Below, piece by piece: positions 35,571-43,300 of a DNA stretch of 49,491 nt. Numbering within the stretch: the stretch's first letter is position 1; each line of letters opens with the position of its first letter. Source of the DNA: Chara braunii (Eukaryota; Plantae; Charophyceae). The stretch lies in the NCBI GenBank assembly GCA_003427395.1, contig BFEA01000023.1, positions 707,722-757,212 on the forward strand, written 5' to 3'. The notes under the pieces were generated by a model. That model was given only the letters and a program-made list of their open reading frames with translations. It ran no database searches and was not told where the DNA came from. Made by a program: the position numbers and the translations under genes.

Positions 35571-37694
35571 GTGTGTGTGTGTTCTTTTTGGTGTTTTCTG
35601 GTGGGGGGTTCTGCTCTTCATGTCGGTTGCTCAGCTGGGTTAGTATCTCGTACTGTCTTCACCCGAATAGAATGCCTGGTAATTATTGCTGTATCTGGGC
35701 TAAAAGTTTGTGCCAAATACAGCTATAATGACGGGCGTTCTATTCGGGTGAAGACGGGGCTGATTGAGTAGCAGTTAACTCCTGTGTTGTGCCGAGGCTG
35801 TAGAAATGTCTGTTGGGGTTCGTTGTTGTTGTTATTGTTCTTCTTCTTCTTCTTCTGGCTTGTTGACTGTCTCATTTATCATCTGCTAGAATGCAGAAAG
35901 ATACACCTGTCAATAGGCCGTCATAGCTTTTGTCGTTTTCACATTTGGTGAGTGTGGAGGCAAGAATGCTGCAAGCACCACTGTACTCGTCGTTTTGTTT
36001 TTCCTTGTCATTTGTTTACTTCAGGGAGCTGTGCATGTCTACTTCGCACAATCGACAGGGAGCTGTGCATGCCTACTTGGCAGAAAAGAAGGGAAATGTA
36101 AAATAAGTCAAAGAACTTTAAATAAGCAGGCAGTGGATCTACCTCCTTTCTCTAACTGTGGTGGCTAAAAGTCTTCCATTTTGCTTTGCGGTGTGAACAC
36201 AAAAAAAATGCTGTCTGTGGTTTTGAAGGGCAGTAAGTTGGTTGCAATTTCTGCACCGCATCAGCAGTCTAGTGAAATGTGGGAACAATGCGCAATGCTT
36301 GGTGGATAGCCCAGAACCTCTTGGCCCATCCTGCGGACCGATCTCTGCACCAGCTTTGTGGCGTGATAAGAATGGAGATGAATGTCTCGTTCGGGACTGC
36401 TGTAGTCTTTACCCGAATAGCACGCTCAGGCACTATAGCTGTATTCGGGGCAACTTTAAGTTGGGATGGAAGTACAATGACCGGCCGTTCTATTTGGGCG
36501 AAGATGGTACACGTGCGGAAGGGCCCACCCAAATCTCTTCATCCCACCTGGGAACCAATTTCCGCACAATTGCAAACATTGATGTCTGTTTTTGGAATAC
36601 TCCTTTGCGTCTTGCATGGGGCTTCGTTTAGCACATCCCATGAAATTCTCGGCACCTTTACAGATTTGGTTAGCAGTGTCCCTTGCCTGGGAGAGCGTCT
36701 CATATTCCTCAATTCAATTGTAGTGGCTATGGTCGTCACCCGAATAGAACGCTTGGCCGTTATAGCTGTATTTGGTGCAAATTTCAGTCCGGGTACGGCT
36801 TTAATTACCAGGCGTGCTATTCGTGCAAATATGGTAGCCTCGTTGATAGCCCCTTATGACTGTACCAAGCTGTCTATTCGTGTGAAGACGGTAGCCTCTT
36901 CGATAGCCTCATATGACTGTACCAGGCATTCTATTCGGGTGAAGACGGTAGCCTCGTTGATAGCCTTATGACTGTACCAGGACTGGAACAAGGTTTGTAT
37001 ACATTCATGATGCCGAGGTGCTGTGTTGGGGAGGGGGAGAAGAAAGACCTCCGCTGCTGATCTCGTCTGGAAGCGTTGTCAAGAGAACACAACTATGCCC
37101 ATTGATGATGGTTTGGCGGGTCCGTGCAGTCATGGGCTGTGCTGTTAAAGCACCAGTACATGGGCACCTGGGCCGCCGGTCTGCTGGAGAGGTGAGAAAC
37201 GAAAACGGGGCCGCTGATCAAATTTAATCAATGGCGGCCCCCGGGTTTGACGTTTTGGACGTTTTGGCCGCGTTTTTCTTGTGGCAAGAAGTTTCGAACT
37301 GCAACGGTGGGGCGGTGCAGTTTTGTGGTTTATGAATGTATCTGACGACTACGGTTTTGAAAGTTTGATGATGACCCTTTCTGCAAGCTTCAGCAGTGAG
37401 ATTTGAGAACGTTGTTTTTCTGTGGTTGTGGCTTTCAGAGCTGTCTTCGACGTGGGGAAGGTTGTGATTTCGAAAGTTTGAATTGGCTTCATGATCCTTG
37501 CAAAATGGATGTAAAGAAGCTGTAAAGATGTTTTTTTTCTTTTTTTTCTCACCTTCCCATGCGAATCTTGTCTGTATTGTTCCAATTTTAACAGATGTCC
37601 TGATGGACAATTGGAAAGAAATTCTTTTTTTTATTTTTTATAATTTAATTTGGACCATTTCTCGATTTATGTGTGTCATCCTTGCGCAGGGGCC

Positions 37695-37726
<32 letters not shown>

Positions 37727-40294
37727 ACGGATGTCCTGAAGGACAATTGTAAAGAAATTCTACTTTACCTTTTTTGGAATATAAGTAAGTGTACAATACA
37801 TGATTTATGGGCGTCATCCTTGCGCAGGGGCCATGCTATTCATGTTAGCGTTCACAATTGGACGGCAAACGAATGAAAAATTTGAACTGCATGGATGATA
37901 TTCACATGGGATAAATCTTCCCTCGTTTTTCGTGTTTTGGCGCTATGGCTCACAGTTATGGGATGGGCACTGCAGAGTGGAGGGCAGCGAAATCGCCAGA
38001 CTTTTACAGCCGTGGCGATTACATTCCCGGACTGAAGGTAGACGGGATGGATGTCCTGGCTGTTAAACAAGCTATACGATTTGCAAAGAAACACAGCCTT
38101 GAAGGAAAGGGACCTTTCGTTCTGGAAATGGACACCTACCGGTACCATGGGCATTCCATGTCTGATCCGGGCAGCACTTACCGAACAAGGGAGGAGATCT
38201 CGGGAATTCGCCAGGAACGCGACCCGATTGAAAGAGTTAAGAAATTGCTGATCGGCCGTCAGATTGTACAGCCGGCAGATCTGAAGGTAGGCACTTCCTT
38301 CTTCTTTTTTCCTGAAGTCACTGAAGTGCGTAATTGTTTGGGGGTTGCAAATGCATTGTATTGTATCATATTGTCAAACAGAGCTTCCCGGTGAACCGTC
38401 CGTAGGCAGAGAGGGAGAAGAGGACAACAAACAGATAATGGAAGCAATATGCACAGTTGCTTCATCACATCCTCTCGACATGCATTCTGTAGCATGTGCA
38501 TCAAAGCTGCACTTGACACGGTTATTTCAGGACCCCTTTCATTCCTCTCGGCTGCGGAATGCATGCCGCAGAACTGTGTCGACTGCAGCTTTGACGCAGT
38601 GGAATGCATCACATCCACTGCGTCAAAGCTGCAGATGACACAGTTCTTTCAGGGTAAGGTCTGTGGAATGCATCAAAGCTGCGTGAAAGTGTATTTCATT
38701 CCACTGCGTCAAAGCCGCAGTTGACACAGTTATTTCAGGGCAAGCCTGCAGAGGAATGAAAGGGGTCTTTAAGCACAGAGGAATGAAAGGTGCCATTAAG
38801 CACAGAGGAATGAAAGGGGTCCTTAAGCACAGAGGAATGAATGGGTCCATTCTTATCTCCTCGTTAGACCTTTGTGGAACAGGGCAGGCATATGAGCTGG
38901 GTCCATGGCAAGTCAAGCAGATGAAGAATTTGTGGAAGAGGGAGACATTTTTTCCATGTTTGTTAGTAGTGAGAGACATTTTTTCCATGTTTATTAGTAG
39001 TGTTGTGCTGCCTATCTGGAAGTGAATGGTTGTTTGCTCATTTTCTGGGTTTGGATGTCTGATTCTGTTCGAGTATTGAGTTTATCTGTGCCTAGCACTT
39101 GTGAGTGCTATGAAGCAGTGCTATTGTGGTGCCAGTAGTAGGGTATTGTTTAGTTCTATAATAAAAAGAATAACGATAAGTGATTGTACTGAATGTAAAA
39201 AGAAGAATCAATATAATCATAAATAATGAAATTCATATACTCTATTACTCGTACATTTTAGAGATTATGTAATAATTGATGTAATAGAGAATGAAAGAAT
39301 ATACATATAATGATATAAACACAAAATAAATCTACATTGTTGTCTATTTTAGATTTTCTGTTTATATTACTTTATATGTATATATATATTCAGCCTCCTG
39401 ATGAGTCGGTGAAACTCCGACGAAACAGTTTGTCAAAGCCGCTCGTTTGTTGTCCTCTTCTCTCTCTCTGCCTACGGTTTACTGGGCAGTTCTGTTTGTG
39501 ACGATATATATATGTATATATATTCTTCCTCGAGTTCGGTCATTATCACTGAATCTAAGCTGAAAGTTACACCAAGTACTGCTATAACGACCGGGGGTAA
39601 AGACGGTGGTTGCGGCACTACCGAACAACGATATCACCGTTGGCAGTGTGATATGAGGTAGAGGAGGATAAGTGACTGTTCATAAGACATTGGGTTTGAC
39701 CACAAGCAATTGCTTGCTCCAAAAGAATATAGATAAAAAGTTGATTATGGTCAAACCATTGAGCATACTCAGCATAGCATAGTTACTCGATGGTTTGACT
39801 ACAATCAACTTCCTAATCGTCTGTGCGGGTTGTGGGTATTGAGAACATCTGTGCATGTTGAGGCCTAACTTTTCTTCTGAGACTCAATAATACTATCTAT
39901 TTTTATTGCAAATTATATGATCTGTGATTTTAGCTCAGGTCTTTTTAGTGCTCAAGGAAAAAACAATTTGAGAAAGTAATCCAATGAGCATAGTGCAATG
40001 ATAGTTGCGCACAAATTATGAAGGTTGATTCAACTTGATTTGCTGATTTCCACCAAGAGTTTCATATCCTGGCAGTATATGCCAATGCTGTGCGGATCGC
40101 CAAAGTCCGTATAGTAGCATATACCCTTAGTGGAAGTTACTATACCCTAAGTGGAAGTCGTGGTGATGCGTTTTGTGATGGCGTGACCACAGTAAGTTGT
40201 GGTACGGTCATCTTTAAAGGTGGTCCCAGGATTGTGGAATTGGTACTACGTTAGGCGGTACCAGTTTTGGAGTCTGCATTGAGCAGAGGTTGGC

Positions 40295-40385
<91 letters not shown>

Positions 40386-43300
40386 GAAGGTTGTCTATGT
40401 ATTAGAATTATGTTCTCGGGTGAGTGCGCATTGTTTCTGGGTTTGTTTTGTTTTTCAAACTTTTTCTTTCAAAAAGGTTGTGGAGGCTGGGAGGTATAGG
40501 CAGGCTCTACCCTAGCAGCCAGTGCTTTGATCACACTCTCACGACACCCCCAGGGCAGAGCGGGAGCTTTCCAAGCCAGGAGACTTGCAATGGTTTGTAC
40601 CCAGACTCCGAATGGTACCCCGTCTCCGACTGTGTACGTGGTAAGCACAGCCAGCAGGACGCTCTGCTGGCAGGACCCCCCATACAACATGTACACAGTT
40701 TGACTGTTCCCCGTTGGGTACCCGGCCGGGGATGTAATGTTCTGGAGTCCAGTATCTCGGATTCGTAATGTGGGAAGACGGCTAGCGTTTGCAGAATAGG
40801 TTCTGCATTACTGGTGGTTTTCTAATGCAGTGATTAGAAGTACTCATGTATTGTGTTCTCCCTGTTGTTGAATTTCTGCCTGAATCATTTTGTCTATTTA
40901 TATTCCAGCCAATAGAAAAGGAGTGTTCTAATGCAGTGATTACTACTGAATAGACTTACTGAAGGTTCTTTTTTTTTTTTTTTATCTTTGTTAATGGGTG
41001 ACGGCCTTGAGATATTATCGTTGTGGACTGACTGGCCCGCCTGATAATTCGGAATGGTGTTAGTCTGTTCGTTATCTGATAGCATGGGGATTCGAACTTG
41101 AGTCTGTATTTCAAAAGTTCATCGGGGTGTAGTATGCAGAACTTCAGCAGAAGTAAACCAACTGAGCTAGAGCTGCTAGACCCATTGGATGGCGTACTGA
41201 AGTTTTGTGTTGTGCCTGTGGTTGAATTTGTGTGTGAATCTCCTGACCTCTCTACATTGCAGGCAATAGAAAAGGAGTGTTCCAAGGAAGTGAATGAGGC
41301 AGTGGACTTCGCAAAGGTAAGCAGCCAGATTCTGTGTTTTCAATTACATTTGTGAGCATGTGCATATGAATGTGGATTTTTTTTTTGTTTTTTTTTCTTT
41401 TGTTGCTTTTTTCTTTTGAAAGAGTGTGCAGAAAGAATCGACAGGCGAGCCGTGAAAAAACGGGGGGAAAAAAACGAAGATGAAAATCTGATGAATCTCA
41501 TTGTGTAGTGGAAAATGTCGACTGTTTGATGAATCAAAAACGGTTTTGCCCAAGTCTGGTATCTGAGTGAGAATCATAAATAGGAAATAGAAGGTTATAG
41601 AACTCTTAAAGCCTTCTCACCGCCCCGCCCTTCCCCCCCTTCCCTCACTTCCTGAACCCACCACGACACTGGGGCCTGGTGGCATTCCACTGCCTGCCGA
41701 GATTTTCCGAACCGCCAGGGGTTGTTTTTTTCTTTGGTCTTCTGCTCGGGCCGCCAGCCATCGTGTTCGGGTAACCACAATCCTCCGAAATTCTTCTAGG
41801 CGATGAAAGATTACTCCACAAGGCCGGGGTGTCATGTACTGGGGGTTGAATATTGTAGCCTATGTAGAAATAGCACTCTTCAGGGGGGCCCCCACCTCCC
41901 TTCCCCCTGAGGTATGTAGGTTGAGTCCTTGTGTTCTGGGACCGCCACATTTTAGTTCGTGTGTGTGAAGAATCTAGTGGGAAGCAGTGAATGACCATCT
42001 TCTCGCCCTCCCAGTGAGAGGTTTGCGTACGAAATAGAACTCTCCAGTGCTCTCTCACCTCACCCCCCCCAATAAATGGAGGATGGCTCCTTGTGCTTCG
42101 CCGCGTTGCGGGCACAGTCGCATTCATCCGTCTGCATGCTGGAGACACAAGGTCTAACTTTGGTTGAGTTCGGTCATGTGTGCCTTACCCCATGTAACCT
42201 TGAAGACTCGAAGATCCTAAGGAACAGCTCCCTGTATTTTGTGTAGTGAAATAACCATGATTCTAAAAAACGATTTGTATTACTTAATTGCAAATTTTTC
42301 AGTAGCTTAGTAAATTCGATTCTTTTTTGCAATGAAATAGTACTAATCTTACCTTTAGTACCAGGGAGCGGAAAGCGCATGAGCTCTCACTATCTCCTGT
42401 CTGTATTGCCCATGGACATACTGTTCTTCTTTGCAGTGCCCAAGGTAGTCATCATGCGAAAACAGTGCAAATGACAGCGACTCAATGCTTAGAAGAATGG
42501 GGGACATGATGCTCGCAATGACGGACGTTTTCACATGACTATCGTTTTTTTCGTAGTTATCACTCGTTCGAGTCGGTGGGTTGTTGGGTTGTGTCCGCAA
42601 CCAAGAGCATAATATGTTTAACAAATTAACAGTGATTTTTTTTAGTGTAATGAAAAGAGGGCACTAACTGCAGTCAGTGGGTTGTGTCTGCAATGATGTG
42701 ATTGGTGTAAGATGGTTAGTTCAACGATCTATCATTTATTTGACTTTTCTATTCACTATTGATGAATGATGTGGTTGGGGTGTAATATTGGCCAGGCAAG
42801 CCCACAACCAGAGGATTCGGAGCTATACGCTGACATTCATGCCAAGCAGACGGATATGAAGGTAAAGTTCTTGACGCCACAGCAGCAAGCCACTCACGTG
42901 GCACCTACTTTCAGTTCCATTTTTTGTTCAGCATCAGAGGGTAGGTCTCACCGGCGTTATGTTCAGGCTTGCAGCAGAGTATGAACCGAGCCATCATAGG
43001 TGGCATGCTTCGTGCTTTCGAAGCATGGACATAACTCCAGTTGGGCCTGAAGGTCAATTGTTTGGACTTTGCCTTGTTGTGTGTGTGGGGGGGGGAGAAT
43101 CATTTTAGTTCTTTTTAATAAAATTTATTCTTAATTTGGTAAAGAATTTGGATGTGACCCTGAGGCAAAAGTCATTTTTCTACAAAACATGTTTTTTTTC
43201 CCGGATTTCTGTGTTTGAACTTTTTTTTCTTTTTTTTGCCTAAGACCTTCCCTGGGCCCTGGCCCTTGTACGGCTGGGCTGCCCTGGCATCGAAGGGGGG

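Noticed and set aside
36279-36971. 230-aa ORF
   Set aside because: Runs through two MITEs and a minisatellite; no protein motif.
37647-37744. Functional U6 gene
   Set aside because: No USE (RTCCCACATCG-like) or TATA upstream, no oligo-T terminator, and embedded in a tandem array; kept as a probable pseudogene.
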